Source: Octopus vulgaris
Taxonomy: Eukaryota
Length of the DNA stretch: 64,000 nt
NCBI GenBank assembly: GCA_951406725.2
Contig: OX597829.1
Coordinates: forward strand, 35,712,001 to 35,776,000
Direction of reading: 5' to 3'
The position numbers and the translations under genes are program-made. Below the pieces are notes generated by a model, which saw nothing but the letters and a program-made list of their open reading frames with translations, did no database searches and was not told the DNA's origin. Shown here piece by piece: positions 28,161 to 41,056 of the stretch (positions are counted from its first letter, which is position 1; each line of letters starts with the position of its first letter).

Positions 28161-28626
28161 CGCACACTATCACACTCTCTTGCATCACTTTATCTCTTCC
28201 CTTTTTCCTTCCTAGTGACTCTTTGATCATTCTGTAAGCATAACTTCCAGTGTTTCAAGTATGGATCTTTCTCGCATTCACGTATAAAGACACACACACA
28301 CATGTACATAAGCACATATACGTGTGCGCGCGTACACATACACAAAGACATATTTATACACTTACGTGTAAATGTATAAATGTCGAAATATAAATATATT
28401 ACGTTACGTGTATGCAAGTAAGCACCTATGTGTACATGAAGATGAGGTTGCGCACACACACACACATATACATGTGTGTATGTGTGCGTGGAAGCGTGTA
28501 TGCATTAGTACCTACATACATATATGTTTATGTCAGGTGTATGTTCATGTACGCGTGTACGTGTGTAGACGCTGTTATCGCAGGTGGTTTATGTCTATGT
28601 ATTGTGAGAATATGGTTGCGTGTATA

Positions 28627-29032
28627 TACTCTTTTACTCTTTTACATGTTTCAGTCATTTGACTGTGGCCATGCTGGAGCACCGCCTTTAGTCGAGCAAC
28701 TCGACCCCGGGACTTATTCTTTGTAAGCCCAGTACTTATTTTATCGGTCTCTTTTGCCTAACCGCTAAGTGACGGGGACGTAAACACACCAGCATCGGTT
28801 GTCAAGCAATGCTAGGGGTACAAACACAGACACACAAACATATACACACACATACATACACATATATATACATATATACGACAGGCTTCTTTCTGTTTCC
28901 GTCTACCAAATCCACTCACAAGGCATTGGTCGGCCCGGGGCTATAGCAGAAGACACTTGCCCAAGGTGCCACGCAGTGGGACTGAACCCGGAACCATGTG
29001 GATGGTTAGCAAGCTACTTACCACACAGCCAC
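28627..29032 (-). mobile_element. SINE family A
   Basis: Near-identical to the 22.9 and 31.9 kb copies. Confidence 0.92.
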
Positions 29033-29117
29033 TATCTTTTTTTTCCTTTTTATTTTTCTATCTATTAGAGTAACTTCCCTGTTATTCAACGGTTTTTCAT
29101 AGCGTCTGTTGCCATTA

Positions 29118-29176
29118 ATAGCCGAAGAGATTATATCGTTGCTCTTCGCTCCGGCATTCGAAACTCCGAGTACTAT
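29118..29176 (+). ncRNA. Type-I hammerhead motif
   Basis: AUAG-CCGAAGA-GA...UC-GAAAC-UCCGA-GUA-CUAU: stem I AUAG/CUAU, near-palindromic ACUC(C)GAGU stem III; U4>C. Confidence 0.6.
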
Positions 29177-29291
29177 ACTGACAAACTTTTACTGTTTATT
29201 CTAAAGTATTATATGTATATATAATCCTCTATTTATCTAATATCGAACTCTAATTCTTTTGTCGTTACTTTTTATTATATATATGTATGTA

Positions 29292-29374
<83 letters not shown>

Positions 29375-29380
<6 letters not shown>

Positions 29381-29685
29381 AGCCATCTGAATGTGGCTAG
29401 CCACTGGGGTGGGGTGTTACTGATGCTTTTAGCCCCAGGCGATCAACGTCACCAGAAGGACTTTAGACACTATCTCAGTGCCCTTGTGTTATTTGCAAAG
29501 GGAGGTCATCGTTTGCAAATAACACAAGGGCACTGAGATAGTGTCTAAAGTCCTTCTGGTGACGTTGATCGCCTGGGGCTAAAAGCATCAGTAACACCCC
29601 CCCCCCAGTGGCTAGCCACATTCAGATGGCTAATACCCCTTACGTTGTCGAGCGGTTACTGTTTATATCTCGTTCAGAGATTTAT
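29375..29685. repeat. Near-perfect palindrome (about 125-bp arms 29375-29499 and 29512-29637, 12-nt loop) of the 35.6 kb repeat family
   Basis: Arms differ only in the G/C run; family extension continues to 29685. Confidence 0.92.
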
Positions 29686-29804
29686 TATTATATATATATA
29701 TAAACATAATTAAAGGATAAAACCATTAAGATTAATGAATTTTACCAGTGGCCAACATATAAAAAAACCCTTTTAGGTAAAATACATAGAGATATATAAT
29801 TGTA

Positions 29805-29981
29805 TAGGGTACAGTTATACTTAGGGGCACAGGAGATACAATGCCTACACGCTGAAAATAGATGGCAAATACGTCCAACCATTGCACGGAGTGAATATCT
29901 GTAGTGGTTGGACGTATTTGGCGCCTATTTTCAGCGTATGGGCATGGTAACTTCTGTGCTCTTAAGTATAACTGTACCTAT
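29805..29981. repeat. Diverged inverted repeat (about 80-bp arms)
   Basis: ggtacagttatactta...aaatacgtccaacca vs tggttggacgtattt...taagtataactgtacc. Confidence 0.8.
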
Positions 29982-29982
29982 C

Positions 29983-30066
<84 letters not shown>

Positions 30067-30086
30067 CTATTATCTATCTATCTATA

Positions 30087-30137
<51 letters not shown>

Positions 30138-30157
30138 ATATATATATATATATATAT

Positions 30158-30449
30158 CAGGCGTAGCTTTGTGGTAAGAAGCTTGCTTCCCAACCACGTG
30201 GTTCTGGGTTCAGTCTCACTGCGTGGCACCTTGGGCAAGTGTATACTATAGCCTCGGGGCGACAAAGCCTTGTGAGTGGATTTGGTAGACAGAAACTGAA
30301 CGATACCGTCGTATATATTTATGTATGTGCGCCTTTGTGTCAGTGTTTGTCCCCCCACCACCATCGCTCGATAACCGATTGTGCGGTGTTTATATCCCCG
30401 TAACTTAGCGGTTAGGCAAATTGAACGATAGAATAAGTACTAAGCTTAC
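30158..30449 (+). mobile_element. SINE family A, 3'-truncated
   Basis: Head, B box and core present. Confidence 0.85.
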
Positions 30450-30464
30450 ATGCTTACTGAAACG

Positions 30465-30571
30465 TAAAATAAAGTGTCTTGCTCAAGAACACAACACGCA
30501 GCCCGGTCCGGGATTCGAGCTCACAACCTCATGATCGTAAACTCGACGCTCTAACCACTGAGCCATGCGCC

Positions 30572-30574
<3 letters not shown>
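30465..30574 (-). mobile_element. tRNA-derived SINE family B, 5' part
   Basis: gaaggcgcatggctcagtggttagagc...gctcgaatccc...ttcttgagcaagacac; matches 45903. Confidence 0.8.
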
Positions 30575-30659
<85 letters not shown>

Positions 30660-30783
30660 CTCAAACAAGAACAAGGAGAAAAAGGAAAGGTGCAAGGAAG
30701 GGAAGACGGAGAAAGAAAATCGCCAACGATGCACACGCGGTCACATATTGAACTGGATATATATATATATCTATATATATATC

Positions 30784-30837
<54 letters not shown>

Positions 30838-30839
<2 letters not shown>

Positions 30840-31674
30840 CAGGATCCGAAAAGTAACTCAGTTTTTAATAACTTCCTGAACTTTACAACTAAATGCACGA
30901 ACTTTCGATACATTATATAGCATATAATGGAAATTAATATGCACGAGTCAAATCTTATAAAACCGCAACGTCAAATATGAAAAATGACATTGCTGAAATG
31001 ACAACACTTTTCGGCTACGCACGCTCATGCTCTTCCCAAGACTTGTACCATAACACACTCAAGCGTTTGGACCTTATTTCTCTGATTTCTCTATTGATGT
31101 ACTTCTGTTGCACCAGGGTCTCCGGTTTGTTGACGTAAACCCTCTCTTTCTGGTATCCATGATTGAGACCTTTTTGCGCCCGACCATTCAAAGTAGACCT
31201 CACACATGGTTCCAGCAAGATGGGGTATCTGCTCATACCGCAAGAGAAACTATGCAGTTGCTACGGCAGTGCTTTGGAGAGAGTATAATATCACCCTACG
31301 GAAATGTCAATGGCCTTCGCGTGTTCCCCACACTTGACTAGCCCAGATTTTTCTTGTGAGGATACCACAAGAAAAACCGGAGATCCTGGTGCAACCGAAG
31401 GAGAACATCAATAATGAAATCAGAGAAGTGGGGCCTGAAATTCTTGAGGGTGTTATGGTGCAGGTTTTGGAAAATGCACGGGTGTGTGAAGCCGAAAATG
31501 GCTGCCATTTCAGCGATGTACTTTTTCATATGTGATGTAGTGGTGTTTTAAAATTTGACTTATGCATATCAATTTCCATTATGTCCTTTATACTGTACCA
31601 AAATTTCATGCACTCATTTGTAAAGTTAAGAAAGTTAAATTGAAACCCATCAATGACTTTTGGGATAGTCAGTA
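30838..31674 (+). mobile_element. Tc1/mariner DD41D (rosa)-like foldback element with two 3' ends
   Basis: WFQQDGVSAHTARETMQLLRQCFGESIIS...(W)P..SP.LTSPDFF with about 41 residues between Ds after frameshift repair; left arm 30838-31158 is the inverted C-terminus (GYQKERVYVNKPETL). Confidence 0.78.
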
Positions 31675-31918
31675 TATATAAATATGTTTGTGTGTGAGCG
31701 CGCGAATGTGTGTGTGCATGTGTGTTTGTCTGTGTACGTATACATACACTATGCACATATCACACATCAGATGTCCGTTGATGCTAGAGGCTCTTTCGGC
31801 ATGCTAGAAGTACAGAGACCCTAATCAAGCCTTAAAATTACATTGGCTTCGTGTGGATCGCCAAAATGAAGTTAAATACAAGAAATAACTATGGTGTAAC
31901 TGATAAGATAATGTTGCA

Positions 31919-32336
31919 TACTCTTTACTCTTTTACTCTTTTACTTGTTTCAGTCATTTGACTGTGGCCATGCTGGAGCACCGCCTTTAGTCGAGCAAAT
32001 CGACCCCGGGACTTATTCTTTGTAAGCCCAGTACTTATTCTATCAGTCTCTTTTGCCGAACCGCTAAGTGACGGGGACGTAAACACACCAGCGTCGGTTG
32101 TCAAGCAATGCTAGGGGACAAACACAGACACACAAACACACACACACATACATATATATATATACATATATACGACAGGCTTCTTTCAGTTTCCGTCTAC
32201 CAAATCCACTCACAAGGCATTGGTCGGCCCGGGGCTATAGCAGAAGACACTTGCCCAAGATGCCACGCAGTGGGACTGAACCCAGAACCATGTGGTTGTT
32301 TAGCAAGCTACTTACCACACAGCCACTCCTGCGCCT
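31919..32336 (-). mobile_element. SINE family A, full length
   Basis: Head aggcgcaggagtggctgtgtgg through (taaaagag)n tail. Confidence 0.93.
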
Positions 32337-32608
32337 ATATAATATACACTATATAATATATACTATATAATATACAAGAAATTCTTTCAGTGATGATACT
32401 TATATTTGCATTGAACACTTTTTTTCTATTTGAGAAAGAAATCTGAAGATTTCATCAGATGAAAGGCGTTCTACCACGATAAAGTCATAACTTTGATGTC
32501 AGAAAGTTTCAAAGCGACAGTAACCTAGATGACTAAAGTAGCGATTTGGCATTACTCTAAACTGCATTTTAACCCTGTAGCAGCATCACCAGTAAGAGCA
32601 CCACCAAA

Positions 32609-32944
<336 letters not shown>

Positions 32945-33989
32945 TGAAATGAGGTTGAGGCTAAAACCGAGGTAACTTGTAAAGAAGACAACCTGAGACG
33001 TTTACACGAGGACATTATCTCTCACGGTTTACTTCATACAATCACAGACTCGGAAATAACGAAACGATACTGATTTACAAAAGGGACAGGAATACAAATA
33101 AAATACTTAGATGTGATAACCGATTTGACAACCGATGCAGACTTTATATAATCAAAACATTCCTGAGAATGTCCTCAAATAATTTCTAGGTATGAAGCAT
33201 GGTACAATGGTATGTACAATCCACAGAAAGGAGATATTTGAATATCAACATATAAAAACTGGCAGTAGAAGCACAAGGGAAAACTTAACTCTTAATATGA
33301 AATAATATTGGCAGAGTTTTCTTATCAAAACCTTTCTAAAAGATGTACTTAACAAACCAGACATTTGCATCCGGAACAGGGGAAAAAGTGTGCTCGTTAA
33401 TAAAAACAGTTGTTTAAATATTGTTAAAAGATAAATGAAAACATCTGTGCCGAGAAGGAAAAACAAAAGAAATCTGCAGAGACTACGAATGAAATATAGT
33501 TTAGATTTATAACTAAATATTGGGTACTTCATAATATAGTTATCTGTCTCAGCGCAACGCATGAGAAACTGGGGATCATAAAACATATAAGACATAAATA
33601 ATTGAAAAATTAGAAGTAAAAAGCATTCACGGATTCACGGTGAAATATTTTAAGCATTCTTTAAGTTTAAGCTGTAGTTTAAGCTCTACTTATATACACC
33701 TATAGACATAAAACATGTATATGTCAGCCACAATATACAAACGTTCATGATATACATGCTTAAACTCATACATATGTATGAATATAGATAGATAAATAAA
33801 TAGATAGATAAATACATACATACATAAATACATACATACAAACATAATACATACATACATGTATACATACATACCCACCTAGCTCATGTCAATATTCCAA
33901 TGAAAGAGTTTTAATTCTGAACTGGGAATAATAATATATATTTGAGAACATACATTCAAACATACTTAAATACATAATTCATAAATACA

Positions 33990-34061
<72 letters not shown>

Positions 34062-35070
34062 ACCACGCAAAGCATTTCAGATATAATTTAAAATATCCAA
34101 AACTGTGCTATTAAGATTTGTTTTGAAATGTCTGATAAAAAAAAAACCCAATAAAATACTTATTTTTTAATCATTTATGGATGCATTTGATAATTAATAT
34201 ATTTATAATTATCAATTGATTTATATTTTTATTGCAGCTTATTCTTTCTTATGACGTCTGTCAATTTGTTTCTGTTTTGCCTACCAATCCGTTTTTTTGC
34301 ACAGCCTCAATCGCATTCTGCTCTATTGTTCAATAATTTACTTTAATCATTTTTCATCCCACTTTTAATTTCCTTGTAAAGAATAGACACCATTTTATAT
34401 TTTGCTTCTCCAGTTGTTGCAGCTGTTGTTATTGATATGTATATGTGTGTGTGTGTATATGTGAACTGTTTGAGTTGCAGTCTGCATTTATTGTCATTAT
34501 ATAATTGTATTTCTAGAGCTTATTTTTAAAAAGCATGCTTTTGAAATTCGTTAGTGTCAGTCCATTTCTTATTATAGATACACACATAGTCACGGATACA
34601 CATCCCAAAGCAAACATAATTTTTTCGCGTGTGCGCGCGCGCACAAACACGATCGCACACGCACGCACACACACACACACACATGTAGTCAATAAGTGAG
34701 ATCTAGTGATGTTCAATATAAAGAACCGCGTATTAGTGCTCAAATGATTTGAACTTTAACTTGGAAGTCATTATCGAGGACTAAGTCTGCGGAGCAAAGT
34801 GTGGTTATAGGAGAAATTCAGGTGAGCTGATATGGAGATGATGATCGAAATATACACACCTGGGCTTCATATATACAACATACATATACATACATACATA
34901 CATACATACATACATACATACATACATACATACATACATACATACATACATTCTCCAATGAAGGGGCCTTGGATCTAGATTAGAAACCGGTTCTTTCTCT
35001 ATTTGCAAGAAATCTTGAAATAAACTGAATAAATACATGACATACATATACACGTAAATAAATTTAGGGA

Positions 35071-35131
<61 letters not shown>

Positions 35132-35149
35132 ATACATACATATATATAA

Positions 35150-35301
35150 ATGTGGGTGTATATGTTTGTGTTTGTGTTTGTCCGCCCAACATCGCTTGAC
35201 AGCCGGAGCTGGTGTGTTTACATCCCCAAAACTTAGCGGTTAGGTAAAAAGAAAAGCCGATAGAATAAGCACAGGGCTTACAACGAATAAGTCCTGGGAT
35301 C
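35150..35301 (+). mobile_element. SINE family A 3' fragment
   Basis: catcgcttgaca...acttagcggtt...aataagtcctggg. Confidence 0.75.
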
Positions 35302-35586
35302 GTGTGTGTGTTTAAGTATATATGTGTGAATATATATGTACGTATTTATGTATATGTATATATGTATACACACACGCAGACACACACTCTCACACTCATA
35401 TCACACAGATACACACGCGCGCGCATATAGGTGTGTACGTATGATTTTACTTCAGAAACAGAACTGCATACACCATAAAATAATTCAATACAAGTTTAAT
35501 GAAGAGTAAATGAAATTAATGATATCTTTGTTAACTAATGTTTCATAAAACATTTGTTGAAAAGAATGTAATTAGGAAGCAATAAT

Positions 35587-35973
35587 AAATCTCTGAACGA
35601 GATGTAAACAGTAACCGCTCGACAACGCAAAGTATACTAGCCATCTCAATATGGCTAACCACTAAGGGTGGGTGTTACTGAAGCTTTTAGCCCCAGCAGA
35701 TCGTCGTCTCCAGCTGGCTTTAGACACACTTTCTGTGCCCTTATGATATTCGCAAAGGGAGGTCATCCCCTCTCGTAAACCTAAGTGATACGCACGGACT
35801 GTAGTTTCGAGGTTTTTGCCTCTCGTCAACGTATGGTAATCACCGGTTGCGAATATCATAAGGGCACAGAAAGTGTGTCTAAAGCCAGCTGGAGAGGATG
35901 ATCTCCTGGGGCTAAACGCTTCAGTAACACCCACCCTTAGTGGCTAGCCATATTGAGATGGCTAGTATACTTT
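35587..35973. mobile_element. Inverted-repeat element (arms 35629-35755 and 35847-35973) with a hammerhead in the spacer
   Basis: 127-bp arms with few mismatches; homologous to the 29.4 kb palindrome. Confidence 0.88.
35791..35836 (-). ncRNA. Type-I hammerhead motif
   Basis: CAUACG-UUGACGA-GAGG-caaaaa-CCUC-GAAAC-UACA-GUC-CGUGCG; C3>U; loop III one base off palindrome. Confidence 0.75.
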
Positions 35974-36489
35974 ACAATGTAATTAGGGTATTCAAGAAAG
36001 GCATATTGTAAACATGAATGAAATAGCGCGAGAAATGAAAAATGTGTTGAAGGAAACTAAGTATATACTAACAGAAAATTCTGCTTTTAAACCAAGTAAT
36101 TTTGATAACTGAGTATTGAGTATTTGCTCCAGCTTAACTGCAGTCTAATGACTGTAAAAGGGGGAAAATGCATGCATATCAAACCGAATTTACTCATGTT
36201 ACCAGAGTAACTATTCTCGGCAGTGAACCTCAGTAAGCGAGTTACCCGAAGAGCGATACCACTTGAGCTTCGAGACAAGTTCCGCGTTTATTTATGGAAA
36301 CAAAAAAGAGAAAAAGACTAAATCTTATGCTAACAAGTATATAAATTCACACAAGAATTCTGGAAGGTAGAGCTACCCTCTATTATACATTTAAGAGCGA
36401 AATATTGCAAATATGTACTAACGCACAAACACAAATTCGTGATACATTTGCCTGTTTGTATCTGTTTTATATATACACATGCACACTTA

Positions 36490-36990
36490 CACACACCTGC
36501 AAACGAGATGGTGTTAGAATAGTAAGTGCTGGTACAGTAAGATCGCCAGCTCTAGCATTCGAGCCCCAGAAGAGGAAAGGTTGGTAGTAAAGCCATACTT
36601 TCTATCTTCAATTCTGTTTATGCAATCGCCTCACCTATGGTCATGAATGCTGGCTAATGGCCAAAAGAATACAATCGCGAATAGAACTGGCCGAAATGGA
36701 GTTCCTCCAAGTGTCTCTAATATACCATTGCACGACAGAGAGCCTATCTCAAAGATCAGCGAGTCTCTCCTGCCACTAGTTCTCCACATTAAGAAATTAC
36801 AACTCCAGTACTACAGACATGTGATCAGAATGCCGCAGGAAAGAATTGCAGGGTGGATCCTTCATGGCGAGCCAACTGACTGAAAAACTAAGGGCAGATC
36901 AAGGACGTGATGTTTAGATAATATCCATACTGTCGGTTGGTCATACTTGGGAAGCTAGCCAGAAATTGTAATGACGGTTGCTCTTGTGTA
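36490..36990 (+). mobile_element. RTE-clade LINE 3' fragment
   Basis: LTYGHECW, AEMEFLQ, QLQYYRHVIRMPQERI, KGRSR motifs. Confidence 0.75.
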
Positions 36991-37022
36991 CTGTACACAC
37001 ATGCACATTCACAATGCATATA

Positions 37023-37200
37023 TAGGCGCAGGAGTGGCTGTGTGGTATGAAGATTGCTTCCCAACCGCATTATTGCGGGTTCAGTTCCACTGCGTGGTGC
37101 TTTGGGCTGCTATATGCAACTATAACCTCTAGCCGTCCATAGCCTCGTGAGTGGATTTGGTAGGCGGAAACTGAAAAAAAAAGCCGTCGTGTATATATAC

Positions 37201-37267
<67 letters not shown>

Positions 37268-37387
37268 TATATATATATATACAAATTATATATATATACA
37301 TATATATATATCTGTGTGTATATGTATATGTATATATATATGTATATATACATACATATATATGTATGTACATACATATATATGTAT

Positions 37388-37424
<37 letters not shown>

Positions 37425-37605
37425 TTGTGTGTCTGTGTTTGTCTCTCAACCATCGCTTGACTTAGAGGTTCGGCAAAAGATATCGATAGAATAACTAGGC
37501 TTACAAAAAACAATTCCTGGGGTCGATTTGTTCGACTTAAGGCGGTGATCCAGCATGGAAGCAGTCAAATGATTGAAACAAGTAATAGAATAAAAGAATA
37601 AGAGA

Positions 37606-37606
<1 letters not shown>
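37023..37606 (+). mobile_element. SINE family A with expanded internal (TA)n
   Basis: Head at 37023, tail about 37600, about 250 bp internal microsatellite. Confidence 0.88.
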
Positions 37607-37642
<36 letters not shown>

Positions 37643-37645
<3 letters not shown>

Positions 37646-38540
37646 GAGGTCTGATCGATAAGTACCCGGACTGTCACCATAGTAACAAAGCTAAAGAATG
37701 CAAAGTAAAGCTGCTTGGCACAGATTGGCTTTGAGCTCTGCTGTGCATGCGCACTAACTTTTAACGTTCTAGCTTACTTTCGCTATTTACAGCAGTGCTT
37801 AGTAGGAAGGCGCATAGCGTGTGATCGTCGCACTCATCATGACAAAGAAAGTTGTCATGGCGATACCTGTTTAGAGGCTTACATAAAGTGGCAGAAAGTG
37901 TATGGAGAGGAGTGTATAAGCTGCACACAAGTATACAAGTGTTTCAGACGTTTCCAAGATGGCCGAAAAATATCTTTATTGACGAACGTTCTGGGAGACC
38001 TGTAACCAGAAGAACTGAGAAAAACGTCGCAGATGTGTGTGCAGCTATGAGGCAAAATTATTACATCACCATTCGTGTGTTGTCAGAGGATGTGCAGATT
38101 AGTTATGGTTCAGTTCAGACGATTATCCCCGAAGATTCGGGCATCAGAACGTATCAGCCAAGTTTGAGTCAAAACTACTTTCAGCTGACCAAAGAAGACA
38201 CTCGGGTTTCACTTGCACAAGATCTCCTTCATTGTGGTGAGAACGATGAAGACTGTTTGAAAACTTTGCGTATGCCTCTGAGAAAGCATCGACATGCTTT
38301 TGGCAAAATTTGATGCAAAATCTCCGTTCAACTAACTCTGTTATGATTAATCCGACAATCACATGCTACATACCTTCCTTCCAAGCACTGCTGTAAAAAG
38401 TAGAAGTAAGCTAGATCATTAAAACTTTGTGCACAAGCACAGCAGACTTCTAAGTCAATTTGGACCAAGCGGCTTTATTCTGTGTGCTTTAGTTTCGTTA
38501 CTATGGCAACAGTCGGGATACTTATTGATCAGACTACGTG
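37643..38540 (+). mobile_element. Mariner-derived foldback element with two 5' ends
   Basis: N-terminal transposase (DERSGRPV...ITIRVLSE...ISYGSVQTII); right arm 38262-38540 is the inverted 5' end encoding TELVERRFCIKFCQK. Confidence 0.82.
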
Positions 38541-39019
38541 TGAATATATATATATATATACATACACACATATACATATGCCTCTATGGTTACAGGACGT
38601 CACCAGCAGTAAACAACATGAAATACGAAAACAAATGAGTTCAAAACGCAAACAACGAGAGAAAGAAATGGAAAACAGGACAAGTAACATAAAGAACGAC
38701 CCTTCATCAGTTGTCGGCTGTCTATCCACTTCACATTTCGAACATTGAACGACAATATGAGCCATCGAAGACAGTTGCTCCCATAAGAAGCAAAATAAAA
38801 TTTGGGATTTATGTAGGGTCAAAGTTGGGAACAAAAACAGGACACTAAAGACATTCAAGGAAACCAAACGAAAACCATTCCCTTTACGAAGCTGGCTTTT
38901 TTAGGATTGCCAGTTTAGTCGTCGACGGCCCGGCCCGGCCATCGGCAGCACTGTGACTTTACGAGAGTGAGTGCGCGCGTGCGTATTGTATGCGCGTGTA
39001 TACTTATGCTTGAATTTCC

Positions 39020-39160
39020 AGGTGGTGAATTCGCAGAGCTAGCTGTTAGAGATTTAGATTCAAAACTTCCGAGGATTTTGCTTCAATTTTCTGCGCTCAA
39101 TGCTTAAATTTCACCGTGGTGAACGCTGTCTTTTATCTACTCGAGACCGATAATTAAATA
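39020..39160 (+). mobile_element. SINE family C, very degenerate
   Basis: Weakly aligns with the reverse complement of 56600-56746. Confidence 0.4.
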
Positions 39161-39822
39161 AAAATCGCATTACACTGGCGAAGCTATTCGTGTTCTGGGC
39201 ATGATATCTTGACGTCGTATGCTTTCCAAATCATTGCATTCTGACAGTAACTCCTGAGACACCGTTGATGGTAGGCTATAATGAACTACATTATCCTTTG
39301 ATAAGCATTGGCGAGGTGGAAAGGGAAAACTTGCTTGGATAAGTTACTATTGGTCTTTCCAAACACTTTGTCTACGCCTGCACATACATGTGCAGATGCA
39401 TAACCAACATTGAGTTTCATGCATGTTTGTATAGTTGCATATATGTATACAATTTTGTAGGTTGATAAATACATACATATGTATCCAGATAGATAGATTG
39501 GGGCATAGGTAGATAGGTGCGTACAAAGATATTATAAAAATACATGTATGGGTTCAATCGCGATTACTTCCATCCTTGCGAAGTCGATAAAATAAGAGGC
39601 TTCTCTATAACTGGAACAAAACATTAGCTAGCAAAGTGGAGTCACGTTTCCAACGAATATTTCCATTAATCACTTGCTACTCGCAGTCGCGAAGATATGA
39701 AGTTTAAATACTTAACATGAATACGTGTGTGTGTGTGTGTGTGTGTGTGTATGTATGCGTGTGCATACACACACATATGTGAGAATAGGTTAAGCACTTG
39801 TGTGCATATGTATATATTTATG

Positions 39823-39872
<50 letters not shown>

Positions 39873-39997
39873 CATAAATATATACATATGCGTCGGTATG
39901 AGTATAAATGTATATATATTTATGTTTATATATATAACTACACATATGTAAGTATATATATACATATATATATATATAAAATATATATTATATATAC

Positions 39998-40050
<53 letters not shown>

Positions 40051-40913
40051 TATATACATCTATGTGTATGTGTGTGTGTACATAAACATAAGCACATAGA
40101 CACATAAGCTATAACTTTGTGCGCGTGTGTTTGTAAATGTTTGTGCGTACAATTAGACGTATACGAAAAGAAATGTATATGTGGGTGTGATAGCATCCTC
40201 CCTTTTAACGCACTCCTTTCTCTCTTCACTGAAAACATGCAGCGTGTAAAATGCCACGCAGTGACTGCTGTCCGGAAGAAAATTGTCAGATGTGGGTTGG
40301 GCACCTGTTTAATAGTAAACTTGTCTCGTCCCATTTCTCTGTCATTCTCAAATCCCGTTTCTGTCCCACTCTCCAATATATTTTCCTCCCCCGGCTCTCT
40401 CGCTGTTTCTCTTTATCTCTATTCGCTTACGTTTCTATTCTGCTACAATTCTTTACGTTCCCATTGCCAAGACACCAGACGGAATGAACGTATGCACTTG
40501 AAATTTAACCGAGGGCTTGTTTGGTCATAATGTGGAAAAAAAAAAAAAAAAAGGAGAGATTGATGGCCGGGCATTCGAGAATGATGATTGTGGTTGGATG
40601 TACTGAGTTTTGTTAAGTTGTGAGGTTTGTGTAAAGAAAGAGAGAGAGAGAGAGGGTGTCGTGTGATAATAGATGATAAAATAGAGGGAGAATAAGAGAG
40701 AACACAGAAGAAAATTCGAGGCGTCTTACGTTTCGTCATTTTTTAAATTTTTATCGGGCCTTATGTCAAGTCATTTCTCCCTCACTCTCTCTTCATTTTC
40801 TAAAACTTATCCCTCCCGTATTGTCTTCAGTTTTTGTGCCCACTGCCTTCTCTCTGTGCCTCCCCCCTCTCTCTCTCTCTCACGCTGTGTGTGTATGTAT
40901 GTATATATACATA

Positions 40914-40946
<33 letters not shown>

Positions 40947-41007
40947 GTGTATTTCATATATATATATATTTCATATGTGTGTGTATTTTTGTTATATACG
41001 TACATAC

Positions 41008-41056
<49 letters not shown>

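Noticed and set aside
33879-33921. 43-nt minus-strand exon (cccag|...tag|gtgggt)
   Set aside because: Weak polypyrimidine tract; donor lies at a microsatellite edge
38690-38780. Permuted hammerhead (GAAA before CUGAUGA on minus)
   Set aside because: Stems I and II could not be paired convincingly
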